Positions 50,971 to 62,196 of a stretch of DNA of 64,000 bases are shown here, in pieces. The position numbers and the translations under genes are program-made. The notes beneath the pieces were generated by a model that saw only the letters and a list, made by a program, of their open reading frames with translations, was not told the DNA's origin and did no database searches. Source of the DNA: Nemertoderma westbladi (taxonomy: Eukaryota > Animalia > Xenacoelomorpha); assembly GCA_032718475.1 (NCBI GenBank), contig JAUCBJ010008861.1:1-64000 (forward strand), given 5' to 3'. How positions within the stretch are numbered: position 1 is the first letter of the stretch; each line of letters begins with the position of its first letter.

Positions 50971-52242
50971 GATGCCAGCTTCCAGACTTTCAACCTTTAC
51001 TGCCGCGCAAACCCCACAGAGGAAGTTTTGGTTTCAGAGATCAAGCCCATCGGCAATTGGTGTTTCAATTTCGGTCCAGGAACTCTGACAATGGGAGCAT
51101 TCAATCTTAGCTGTGGTCCATTCCCGTGGTTTCGGCTTCCTTTTCTTCGTCCCAATGACAGATTCTTCTGAAGACGTTCGATTCGCTTTCAGTTTATTGT
51201 TGGCATTTGTGTTTTGAAGTTGTATTCGAGTGGACAGTTGCGCCGGTTTCGAGGTAACCATACCGACCTGTGATAAGCGTTGGTTTTGTTGAGTGCCGGT
51301 ATTCATCTTCTCTCACCTCTTCAATGTCAGATGTTGCAAATACTGATAACACGAATAACGGTATATATTTCAATACTTGTCAATAGTAATATATATAATA
51401 TAGTTAACTATTTTATATCTGTACTGTTGAGCAAACTCTACATAAATTCCAACCTGTGTATCGCCGGTAGTGCTGTTGCTGTGCAAGTGCTGAAGTGCTA
51501 GTTGCCACCGGTCAGCCGGTACCGGTAGTAGGGTGGTACCTACGGTGCGCACTACAACGGCAGTACAGCAATACGGTGTACCGTGCCAATGACTGAATGA
51601 TTAGCGGTAACTATCTAAACTATTATATTATTATTACCGGTGCCGGTACTGGGCTAATTAGGCCTAAACTATAATGAATGCCCCGGCAAGGGTTGCCGGG
51701 GCCATGTTTAATTAGATTACATGATATGGCATGGTACCGGCTGACCAGTATTGCAGTATTGACTGATTGCAGGATTCTCGATTCAGGGATTGAGTACAGC
51801 CTGACAGTACCGGTACACATGGTACATGCAGATTGGCAGACAGCCCCAATGTATTGCAAAATTTGTCAGAAACCCAGCTGATTTATCCTACAGTAATAAT
51901 AATTTAACGCATTTTAAATTTGGATAAATAAATTTATTATAACTGCAATAACAGTTACACTGATGCTGCACGAAGGCCCCACGCAAATTCTACTTGGAAA
52001 ATTTTCAAACTTTTGTCAAACAACATGTGTACCAAGTTTGGATTGATTTCATCAAGGATTGGCCGAGTTATTAACGTTTAAAATAAAATACTGAAAAAAA
52101 ACGCGACAGAACAACAGGTTGATTAATGCTACCCCTACGCTAAGGCTCACTCACTTCGTGGCTCGTCCCACAGTAGTGCAAAAAATACGTTAAAATAAAT
52201 CGAGTTGATTAAAATAGTAACATTTAGGCTCAGTAAGCTAGC

Positions 52243-53243
52243 GAATGCCTGTAGGGTGATCTTCCACATTAAACCATTCCACTCTGTTTCCCAAATGAAT
52301 GCCTGTTCACCACTATGGGAGATCTTCCACATTAGACCCTTCCACTCTGTTTCCCAAAGGAATGCCTGTTCACCACCATGGGTGATCTTCCACAGTAAAC
52401 CCTTCCTCTCTGTTTCCTAAAGGAATGCCTGTTCACCACCATGGGCAATCTTTAACAGTAAACCCTTCCACTCTGTTTCCCAAAGGAAAGCCTGTTAACC
52501 ACCATGCGTGATCTTCTACATTATACCCTTCCACTGTGTTTCCTAAAGGAATGCCTGTTCACCACCATGGGTGATCTTCCACATTAAACCATTCCACTCT
52601 GTTTCCTAAAGGAATGTCTGTTCACCACCATGGGTGATCTTCCACATTAAACCCTTCCACTCTGTTTCCCAAAGGAATGCCTGTTCACCACCATGGGTGA
52701 TCTTCCACATTAAACCATTCCACTCTGTTTCCTAAAGGAATGCCTGTTCACCACCATGGGTGATCTTCCACAGTAAACCCTTCCACTCTGTTTCCTAAAG
52801 GAATGCTTGTTCTCCACAGTTGTTGATCTTCCACAATAAACCCTTCCACCCTGTTTCCTAAAGGAATGCTTGTTCTCCAAAGTTGGTGATCTTCCACAAT
52901 AAACCCTTCCACCCTGTTTCCTAAAGGAATGCTTGTTTTCCACAGTTGGTGATCTTCCACAATAAACCCTTCCACCCTGTTTCCTAAAGGAATGCTTGTT
53001 CTCCACAGTTGGTGATCTTCCACAATAAACCCTTTCACCCTGTTTCCTAAAGGAATGGCTCTTCTCCACATTTGGTGATCTTCCACAGAAACCCTTCCAC
53101 CCTGTTTCCTAAAGGAATGGCTGTTCTCCACAGTTGGTGATCTTCCACAATAAACCCTTCCACCCTGTTTCCTAAAGGAATGGCTCTTCTCCACAGTTGG
53201 TGATCTTCCACAATAAACCCTTCCACCCTGTTTCCTAAAGGAA
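52243..53243. repeat. 63-bp minisatellite (~16 units, two subtypes)
   Basis: Unit GAATGCCTGTTCACCACCATGGGTGATCTTCCACATTAAACCCTTCCACTCTGTTTCCTAAAG; the subtype switches near 52800. Confidence 0.95.
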
Positions 53244-53841
53244 ACTTAGGTTTTGGATTAACCGGAACGACGTTTTACGTGGCGTATTCATAATTACGGG
53301 ATTAATAAAGGCAAGGAAGGGTCTTTCACCACGTGGATATATAAAAAATGAAGTTAATTATTTACCGTATGGCCATTTCACCCTCGCGGGCGTCTTCAGC
53401 GGTATATTCAATTAAAATAGCGTTAAAATATAATTAAATTTAAAAATTAGTTCACAATTTAAAAGTTTAGGGTACTGCCTGTCATCAGGCTGCATACGTG
53501 TACCGTACACGTATTTCGAAAAGTTGCCTGATACTTTTATGCAGGGTGGCTATCTAGACACCCACAGGAAGTTTCAGACTAATTACTCAAAAATTGTAGA
53601 AGTAGTAGGGTTTTGAAGTTGACAATTTCATGAAAAAAATATTTGGAGATAATCGACCTTTCATTATACATAGTAATAGTAATTTCAATAGGATTCCGTA
53701 AATGGAAATTTACATATCTTGAAAACTAAAAGAGCTATTAAATAGCGGTTTTCAGATTTGGAAACACCATTCAATGGTGCATTACAATAGACCATAAAAA
53801 AAATTTCGACATATTTTGGACCAAAATGGTGTACCCCCCCC

Positions 53842-54500
53842 TTAAGTATAATTATTTAAATCTTATACTGTAAAACAATTAATTTCCTTTAAAAGGCAGG
53901 TTGAAAATGGTGTTTTCACCGTAATCAACTTAATTAACTAATTAACTGCTATTATCTTAGCTTCTCGAAGGCCACACGGAAATTCTACTTGGAAAATTTC
54001 TAAACTTTTGCCAAACAACATGTGTACCAAGTTTGGATAGATTTCATCAAAGATTGGCCGAGTTATTAACGTTTAAAATTGAACACGACAGAACGACAGA
54101 ACGACAGAACGACACGTTCGTGGGGCCTTCGCGCAGTACGAGGCCCAGTTATGAGATACAAATTAAAATTGAGTGACTGTATCACAAAATCAGGTTTTGA
54201 GAAATTTACCCACACCACCAATCAATCCAAGAAAGGGGGACAGTACGTGTTCACCCCTTTTAATCTCTCCACCCCCCCCCCCCCCCACCCTTCCCAACCA
54301 CCAATACATAACCGCGACATCTACCACCCACGGAAGGGTAGAACGAACTTATTTCCAATCGCACGTTCAATATGCAAAGCCAGGTGGTGTGTAGGAATAT
54401 AATCAACGCCGTACTCGTCTTAATTATTATAAGCGTCGTTGCGCTCGTCCTGTTTTGTATTTAAATATATTTCCTAAACGCAGACTGGCAATCTTTATAA
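53842..54500 (+). repeat. Locally duplicated segment, copy 2
   Basis: Near-identical to 55862-56480, starting at TTAAGTATAATTATTTAAATC. Confidence 0.9.
53962..54150 (+). mobile_element. DINE-1/HINE-like (Helentron-associated) short element
   Basis: Subterminal inverted pair CGAAGGCCACACG / CGTGGGGCCTTCG, (ACAGAACG)n microsatellite and a 3' hairpin ending GAGGCCCAG|TT. Further copies at 55983-56154, and partial at ~50571 and ~51964. Confidence 0.65.
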
Positions 54501-55009
54501 CTATGGATACGTGCAATATGCGAAACCAGGAATGGTTTATAGGAATATAATCAACGCCATACTCGTCTTAATTATTATAAGCGTCGTTGCGCTCGTCCTA
54601 AGATATTTCCTAAACGCAGACTGACAATCTTTATAATTATCGATACATTCAATATGCGAAGCCAGGTATGGTTTATAGGAATATAATCAATGCAGAACGC
54701 AGTACTAAATTCAGTCGATGCAGGCACACAAGACTGTATATTTTTTGTGGCGTTTCGATCACGGGGTCACTGAAAAATAGCGGTTTTGAAAATTTAAAGT
54801 CGAATTTCACCGATTTCAACTCGTCGAGTATGCACCAACTTTTTTATTTGAGATATTCAGTTATCTGAGCAACATATTTGAGCCTTCAGAATCTTTTCAA
54901 ATATCGCCAATCTCGCACAGAACGTCGCCAAAATTTGTTAGTCCGGCAAAAAAACGCACAAATTCGTCTAAAAGAGTAAATTATTTAGTTGCGGAATAAT
55001 ATGATTCAA

Positions 55010-55418
55010 CTAGAAAAGCCAGCCATCTGGCTGTAAGGAGACCCTCCATAGACAAACGTAGTGTTAGTTGGGTCCCTCCTCATTCATTATCATCAACTCC
55101 CTCCCACATAACAGCACTGAGATGATTCACTGGGAAGAGCTATTCATCTGGTGTGGTAATACATTATACAAACATATAGTTGATGTTTGATTACTGTCTG
55201 GGTTAGAGTGAGATAGTAATAAATTTGGCAAGTAATATACTTCTCTGCAGTTTGGGCTATCCATTCAATAAATAGTAGTAGCTTACTAGGCCCACATGTA
55301 CCAGCAGCTGGTGTTTCTATCGTTGAGTTGATGGCAATTATCGTGTTTTCATTTTCGCTCACTCATGGTACTGGTTTGAGGGGCAGGTTCGTTTATAGCC
55401 AGCTTGCTGGCTTTCTAG
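55010..55418. mobile_element. Helitron-like non-autonomous element with inverted CTAG ends
   Basis: A|CTAGAAAAGCCAGCCATCTGGCTG ... AGCCAGCTTGCTGGCTTTCTAG|T. Hairpins at both ends, inserted between A and T with no TSD. Confidence 0.65.
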
Positions 55419-55861
55419 TGAGGAAAAAACAAGTATGGATATGAATAAGTCTTCTGCAGTGGTAAAATGTTATTGACTGACATTTATTAAACGAGATCTG
55501 TCTAACACGGCAATAACACAATAATAGACTGAATAGTAGGGAATTCAGATTTCCATCTCGTTAGCTAGCTATGGCCAATCTGTCTACCGGCCTGTACACA
55601 TGTGGTTACTTACATTCGCATTCCCATTGAAGAGCAACTGGCTGTTCTACACACACCAAACATCCTTCCCATCCTATGTACCAGCACCGAGCCAACTTGG
55701 ATGTTAACCAATAAATGAGCAGTATTTAATGAGAATCAATTTTTTATACCGTTTTAATTACTTTAGATCAATTAAAGACACAATTATTAAAGCAAATCAC
55801 TTGAACTAATTAAAAACTATAATAGAATGGAGTATATGAATGGATTACATCTGTATAATTT

Positions 55862-56480
55862 TTAAGTATAATTATTTAAATCTTATACTGTAAAACAATT
55901 AATTTCCTTTAAAAGGCAGGTTGAAAATGGTGTTTTCAAAATGGTGTCAACTTAATTAACTAATTAACTGCTATTATCTTAGCTTCTCGAAGGCCACACG
56001 GAAATTCTACTTGGAAAATTTCTAAACTTTTGCCAAAAAACATGTGTACCAAGTTTGGATAGATTTCATCAAAGATTGGCCGAGTTATTAACGTTTAAAA
56101 TTGAACACGACAGAACGACACGTTCGTGGGGCCTTCGCGCAGCACGAGGCCAGTTATGAGATACAAATTAAAATTGAGCGACTGTATCACAAAATCAGGT
56201 TTTGAGAAATTTACCCACACCACCAATCAATCAAAGAAAGGGGGACAGTACGTGTTCACCCCTTTTAATCCCCCCCCCCCCCACCCTTCCCAACCACCAA
56301 TACATAACCGCGACATCTACCACCCACGGAAGGGTAGCACGAACCAATCGCACGTTCAATATGCAAAGCCAGGTGGTTTATAGGAATATAATAAACGCAG
56401 TACTCGTTTTCATTATAAGCCTCGTTGCGTTCGTCCTGTTTTGTATTTAAATATATTTCTTAAACGCAGGCTAGGACGAT
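55862..56480 (+). repeat. Locally duplicated segment, copy 3 (includes HINE-like copy 55983-56154)
   Basis: Near-identical to 53842-54500. Confidence 0.9.
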
Positions 56481-58731
56481 CTTTATAATAATAATAACTA
56501 GGGATGCGATCAATATGTGAAGCCAGGTGGTTTATATAATAATTTAGTCAACGCAGTACTCGTCTTCATTATATGCCTCGTTGCGCTCGTCGCTTGTCCT
56601 GTTTTGTCATAAAATATTTTTCCTAAACGCAGACTGACGATCTTTATACAGTTATAACTATGCGAAGTTTCGAAACTGTGCGAGTAACTGTTGATACATC
56701 TATGTGGAGATGTGTGATATGTGGAGATGTGTGATAGCACGCCAACGCATCTTATGCCGATGTAGTAATATGGGTATTGAAATAATATTAAATCAATGTA
56801 CACTCTTAAAGCTGCAGCAAAAAAATGTAGCTAATTTCCTAGGTTACATATCTCGTCATATAAAATAATAATATTATTTTTAAGAACATTAATTTTACTA
56901 CTTTGCAAAAATTCAATTAAAAAATAACCAGACATATACATTGTGGAATAAACTATTTCAGAAGCCTACAACAGCCATGCCATGGATTGTATTTATGTTA
57001 TTAGATTAGTGCATAAATTGGAGAGATACGCCTATTCCTACTATCGGAAGAGACGGTAACAATACCTGCAATATCCTACTGTAAAGCTTGTAAATCAAAT
57101 CATAAATCCGACCTTCTCACCAAAACAGTAAACCCCAAGTAAGCGAATATATTGCAGTATCGATCTCTTTTAACCGGTGAGGCAGAAAACAGTCTACGAG
57201 CAGACAAACTTCGATAAAACAAAATCCCGCGCAGCGAATCCTAAAATCAGGCTGACTCACTGACGGACTAAGAGGCTCGTATACTTTGCCGCGGTGTGAT
57301 TTATATGGTTGGGCAAAGAGACGCTAGCTAGGTACAGAGCAGATTTAGAGATGTCTAACTAGCGGGCAAAGTGCAGTAAGGACGAAAGTTAATTTTATAT
57401 ATTTTGAGGTGTAAATAATTTCTAACGCGCGTGTGTTAATTCTGAACAGTCAAAGCAGTTTTGCTCCTTCACATATATAATTACTGGGTACGGTGTGCAT
57501 TTTACGAATATTCTAATTTTATAACTTGTAGGTCCAATACTCACGAATGATAAGGTTCCTTCCCCTCTTGCGTATCTCCAGGACTCAAATTCAGGCATAA
57601 GGTTAATACTACGCCCAGAATTCGGCAATTTTAGGTACCAGGTCCCTGATACTAAGAAGAGATGTGTTAGTTTACTACTGTAGGCGTACGGGTACTAATA
57701 GCTATCCTGGTTCCTATCTAGAATTTTAGTCACCCAGGTAGTCCGGGTAACTTCCTATTAGGGCGTTGGCGGGGACACGGTAGATGTTAGTATATCCCTG
57801 ATAGCCTCAATTTATTTGCGCCTAGCGTAAACTGCCCTACCGCCTGAACGGTACAATCCCAATTCAGGTGAAAACACAGCAACCCCCTAGCCTACAAGTT
57901 CTGATGTAATAGACACGGTCGTACTGCAAATAGTCGCACACACACCTGTACTTAGCAAGAGTTAAGCGTACAGTTTGCTGCACCCTAACCAATGTGTATG
58001 CCTTGTACCGGTGTGCCTACGTCCTATCTGCGTACTAGTATCTGCTCTCTCTCCCTCTCCCCCCCGTAGGAATATGAAGGTCTACTGCGGTTTTTCCTGA
58101 ATCAAGACAGTACAGTCCCTATGATGTAATTTTGGGCTTACAGCGTGTCACTACGTCTACCTTTTGATCTTTTTGGTCTTACACTTAGGTAGCAAGGATC
58201 GAACGCTGTCTAACCTTTCAGGCGATGGGCGAATAACACTAGATGGTATTGCGGGTTGTCTCTCGTCTACATTCCCGTGATGTTCCCGTTCATTGCTGCG
58301 GCCCGATCTCTAGCCGGCCATCCTGTCCCTGAGTTTGTTCACCGTAGTGAAACCATATTAAAACAGATAGAAAGGCTGAGAGATGTGACTAGTATTTCTG
58401 ACTTTATTACAAAACATATAATAACTATTATACAATAAACAATGTAATCTGAAATAAGACAGAAAGTGAATGATGGAAATTGATGTGAAGTGAATAACTA
58501 ATGAACAAATCGCACCTTTATATACTAAATTTGTGCCGCAATCAATCGAGAAAATTCTCGATTGTTCTATAGATTCTAACAAGGTTTTAAAGATAGCTAT
58601 TGGTCCAGCTAATATATAACTTGCACGACATTGGTTACAATCAAATAACTACAGCCTTATTGGTACAGACAAATGCAATTAATTTGTAGCGGTTAATTTA
58701 AATGAGTTGAAATTCTACACAAAAAATAATT

Positions 58732-58807
58732 CGCACTTACTAGGATTCGAACTCGATACCTACTACACATATAATTTCCAACGCTCTACCAACTGAGCTA
58801 CTGAACC
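58732..58807 (-). pseudogene. tRNA-derived sequence (pseudo-tRNA or SINE head)
   Basis: Minus strand GGTTCAGTAGCTCAGTTGGTAGAGCG (intact D arm and A box) ... GAGTTCGAATCC (B box). The acceptor and anticodon stems do not pair. Confidence 0.7.
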
Positions 58808-59139
58808 ACTTGACCGATAGATGCATAATAGATAGAACCAATACTAATGAGAACTCAAAGCAATCTTTACAAAGTTAATTCGAATAAAATAAAATTTTGA
58901 AAATCCACGGCATTTAGGGAATATAATTCTATACCGCTCCATGAAAACAGGATATTATCGTGCATAAAATATACGGTTTTCACCAATAATCAATCAAACT
59001 ATAGAATACTTAGGGCGTACTTACATATTTACAATTAAGTTTCAAACAATACTTCCTTTCTACGTAATGATTCGATACAAAATAATTACAAATTCAAACT
59101 TTACGTATTTAAGGCTTTACTAAGTAAGTACAATATAAA

Positions 59140-59790
59140 TCTAAATTAAATTCACCAATATAAATCTATTGCATCTCAAATATTGCATAAATTCAAACAA
59201 TTACAAATAAATGAAAACAATAAGAAAGGCTCGCAAGTCTTCCATCTACTATTGCATCCCAAATATTGCATAAATTCAAGTAATTACAAATACTTTCATA
59301 CCTAAATGTAGATTGCATAAGTTTGGAATAATTACAAATATGAGTCTTTCTGAGCACAAATTTTTCTGTCTATAAAACTTTCTCTTTAGGTACAAATACT
59401 ACTTATAAAATATAAATTGCATAATATTCGGAACAATACAAATTGCATAAGTTTGGAATAATATAAATTGTATAAGTTCGGAATAATTACAAATATAAAT
59501 ATAAATTCTTACAAATATAAACTCTCTTTTTGGGTAGTCTTACTAAATATAGATATAAACTGCATAAGTTTAGAACAATATAAACCTTTGCATCTCAAAT
59601 ATGAAACATAAATCTTTCAAATATAAGTTCCTTCTAAACTTTCTAAATTTCATAAATTCGGAACAATACAAATTGCATAAGTTTGGAATAAACACAAATA
59701 TAAAATATAAGTTTTTACTAAATATGAGTCCCTTTCAGAATACAAACTTTCTAAATATAAAACATATAATTCAAATAAATCACAAATCAT
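59140..59790. repeat. AT-rich degenerate repeats downstream of element D extra ORF (3' UTR or LTR U3)
   Basis: Recurring AAATTGCATAAGTTTGGAATAATTACAAATA-like units. Confidence 0.7.
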
Positions 59791-59832
59791 AAGAAAGGCT
59801 CACGAGTCTTCCGTCCACCCTTGCCCTCCCTT

Positions 59833-61032
59833 TTATCGTTTAGTTGATCGAGCCCTGCCGCGTCCTCGAAAACTGCGCACAGGTGACTTTGCTCGCGATA
59901 TGGGACTTGTGGGGCGAGTCACTGGTTTACTTGGGACGTTGAGAGACGGTGCAACTATTTCCTCACAAATTCGTCTATTTGGCATCCCAAAACCTCGACC
60001 GATTCCTCGTGACCGATCAGTCGTCACTACAGTTGGTAGAACGTCTGGGAACTCGCGAAAGGCGGACGACGCAGACCCAAGAGTAGCTTGCGCCCCCTGT
60101 TGATCAGCTGGTGTATGTCCCGATCCTCCTACTGGTTCTCTTGGAAGTGATACCGTATCCCGAGTAACTCGAATAGTCGGCTCAACTCCCTTGCGTTCTT
60201 CTACATTAATAATTTTCTTCAATTGTTGGCCCACTTTCTGGACCCGTATGATCCTACCCTGCCCGTCCTCCCGAGGGTGACGTGCAGACGGCGCAGCCGG
60301 AGTGGCTGGTATATTCGTCGCCTCTAGGACCTCTTCTTCCTCGAATACGCTCGCTCGTATACGTTTGTGGTAAAACGCAGCTCGGTACGCCCATGCGACG
60401 GTTAACCAAGCTCCTTTATTCCGCTTTTCGGTTCGGAAACGATCAAATTCACCATACGTGATACGATTTACGACTTTCTGAAAATTCCACGTGTTTTTGT
60501 TATCTGGGTGAATCTGTAACAGATACTCGCGCACCACTCGGAATCCGCTGTCGTGGGGCAAAATATCGACAACCTCGATAAGTTCGTCATATTGGGGCAT
60601 AGCGGAGATGTATCCTTCCGACATCATCGTCTGGGGATTTACCGCCCAAAATCCGAGATGCGCTCTCATCGGAAACCGTCTTCTTTGTGCTGATACATGT
60701 TCATCGGCTAAATCTTCCCACTCATCAAATAACTTCCTCACGAGTTTTACAGATTCGTGTTCATAAGGTATGTCCCTTAGTTGGCATTCAGATGCTCGAT
60801 GTCCCTTTATATTGCAATAAGTACATTGAGCCATAAATCTCCAGCAAGTATAAAAGGTATGAGACCCTTGATCCCCACACCATCCACAGATTAGCTGAGT
60901 CGTAGTAATGTGCTTTCCACTGCACTTTGCCATATGATGTCCAGCGACGCCACATTTACTACACATCGTATTGGCAGGGTACCACACTCGTTCGTATATA
61001 AGATCTCCAATCGGTCGAGCGCTTCCTCCCAT
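59833..61032 (-). CDS. Extra ORF of element D: triple CCHC zinc-knuckle protein with basic C-terminal tail
   Basis: CSKCGVAGHHMAKC, CGWCGDQGSHTFYTC, CTYCNIKGHRASEC. The frame stays open upstream to ~61209 and probably joins ORF 61160-61534 via a frameshift. Confidence 0.8.
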   Translation of the reverse strand: MGGSARPIGDLIYERVWYPANTMCSKCGVAGHHMAKCSGKHITTTQLICGWCGDQGSHTFYTCWRFMAQCTYCNIKGHRASECQLRDIPYEHESVKLVRKLFDEWEDLADEHVSAQRRRFPMRAHLGFWAVNPQTMMSEGYISAMPQYDELIEVVDILPHDSGFRVVREYLLQIHPDNKNTWNFQKVVNRITYGEFDRFRTEKRNKGAWLTVAWAYRAAFYHKRIRASVFEEEEVLEATNIPATPAAPSARHPREDGQGRIIRVQKVGQQLKKIINVEERKGVEPTIRVTRDTVSLPREPVGGSGHTPADQQGAQATLGSASSAFREFPDVLPTVVTTDRSRGIGRGFGMPNRRICEEIVAPSLNVPSKPVTRPTSPISRAKSPVRSFRGRGRARSTKR

Positions 61033-62196
61033 ACTATAATCGTAATCATCTGGGTCTATGGGTTGGTAGGTTTCTGAAGGTTGTATACAAACTATAGCAT
61101 CTGTTGCTTCAAGTTGTCGAATCTCCGTCTGAGATTTCTTCGGGAGGTTCCTTTCTATTTCAAGAAGTTCCTCTAAAGGATCGTCGGCAATCGTAGTAGT
61201 TACTTCGAATCATCACCAAGGTGACCGATAGGCGCACGCGTCTGCCGTGATTCATCCGTAATCTCCACGATACGTTCTCCTTCATAGGGTAACAATGTAA
61301 ACATAGATGGTCTTTCGATAAGAGATCCCGCACAGCGAAGATACACGTCTCGAAATATACTAAATCCTGCTCGAGTAAAGGCATTGCTGTCTTTGCGAGC
61401 TTCGCTGTACTTTCTGATAATTCCTTTATACCAAATATAGTGTAGTCTTTTGCTCCAAATCGTTCGAATGAAGCTGCCGCCTCCTCTTGGATATCATATC
61501 CCCATCTCGGCTCTCCTTGTATCCCTTTCTCCATAATTAGGGTGTAGTTACATAATCATTACTACTAGAGGGAATACAACAGAGTTTGTAGTTAGTTGTG
61601 AGGAGACGTGAGAGTTTCGTCTGCCTTTTGGGCTTCGACAACGCTCTAACCTCCTACCCATAGCCTAAGATCTAGGGTTTCTTTAATGACACGCTGCTTC
61701 TTATCTAAAATTTTTTGCCGAAGTAAAAACGAATTTGGGCTAAACTGGCCGTGAGTCTAAAATACTCACTTTTTGATCCCAAACTATCATCAGAAAATAA
61801 GCAGTCAAGAATTAGTAATAAATATAGGGGAGTCTATTTATTTGATGTAACTTATTGAAACAAGACCGTGTAAAATTTAATTAAAATTTTAAGAAAGGCT
61901 CGCAAGTCTTCCTCTCTTGTTTCTCTAATTTTAAGTTCCACCCGACTGTACCCTGAAATCTATTCACTGGAGAAATTTTTAAAAATTTTTCAAATCCAAA
62001 TGGATTGTCTAAAATTTCGAAAATGTCTCAATATTGTGAGTTCCAAGTAGAATTCCATTTCTTATACCTACAAATCCCGCTCCTATGTGACACATAAGGG
62101 TACTACCCTCAATGTTCACATATAAAGACAATGGAATTCTACCGCTGTCCTTACTACGGTGTACAGGTACGTGGAAATCTATTTGTAAACTCCTAA

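Noticed and set aside
53250-53845. Kolobok-like end GGTGTACCCCCCCC|TTAA (also TTAA|AGCTGCAG at ~56806)
   Set aside because: No matching opposite terminus was found in the window.
57420-58560. Possible distal LTR portion of element D
   Set aside because: There is no second copy in the window and no clear terminus.
58732-58807. Functional tRNA gene
   Set aside because: The acceptor, anticodon and T stems do not pair; only the promoter boxes and D arm remain.
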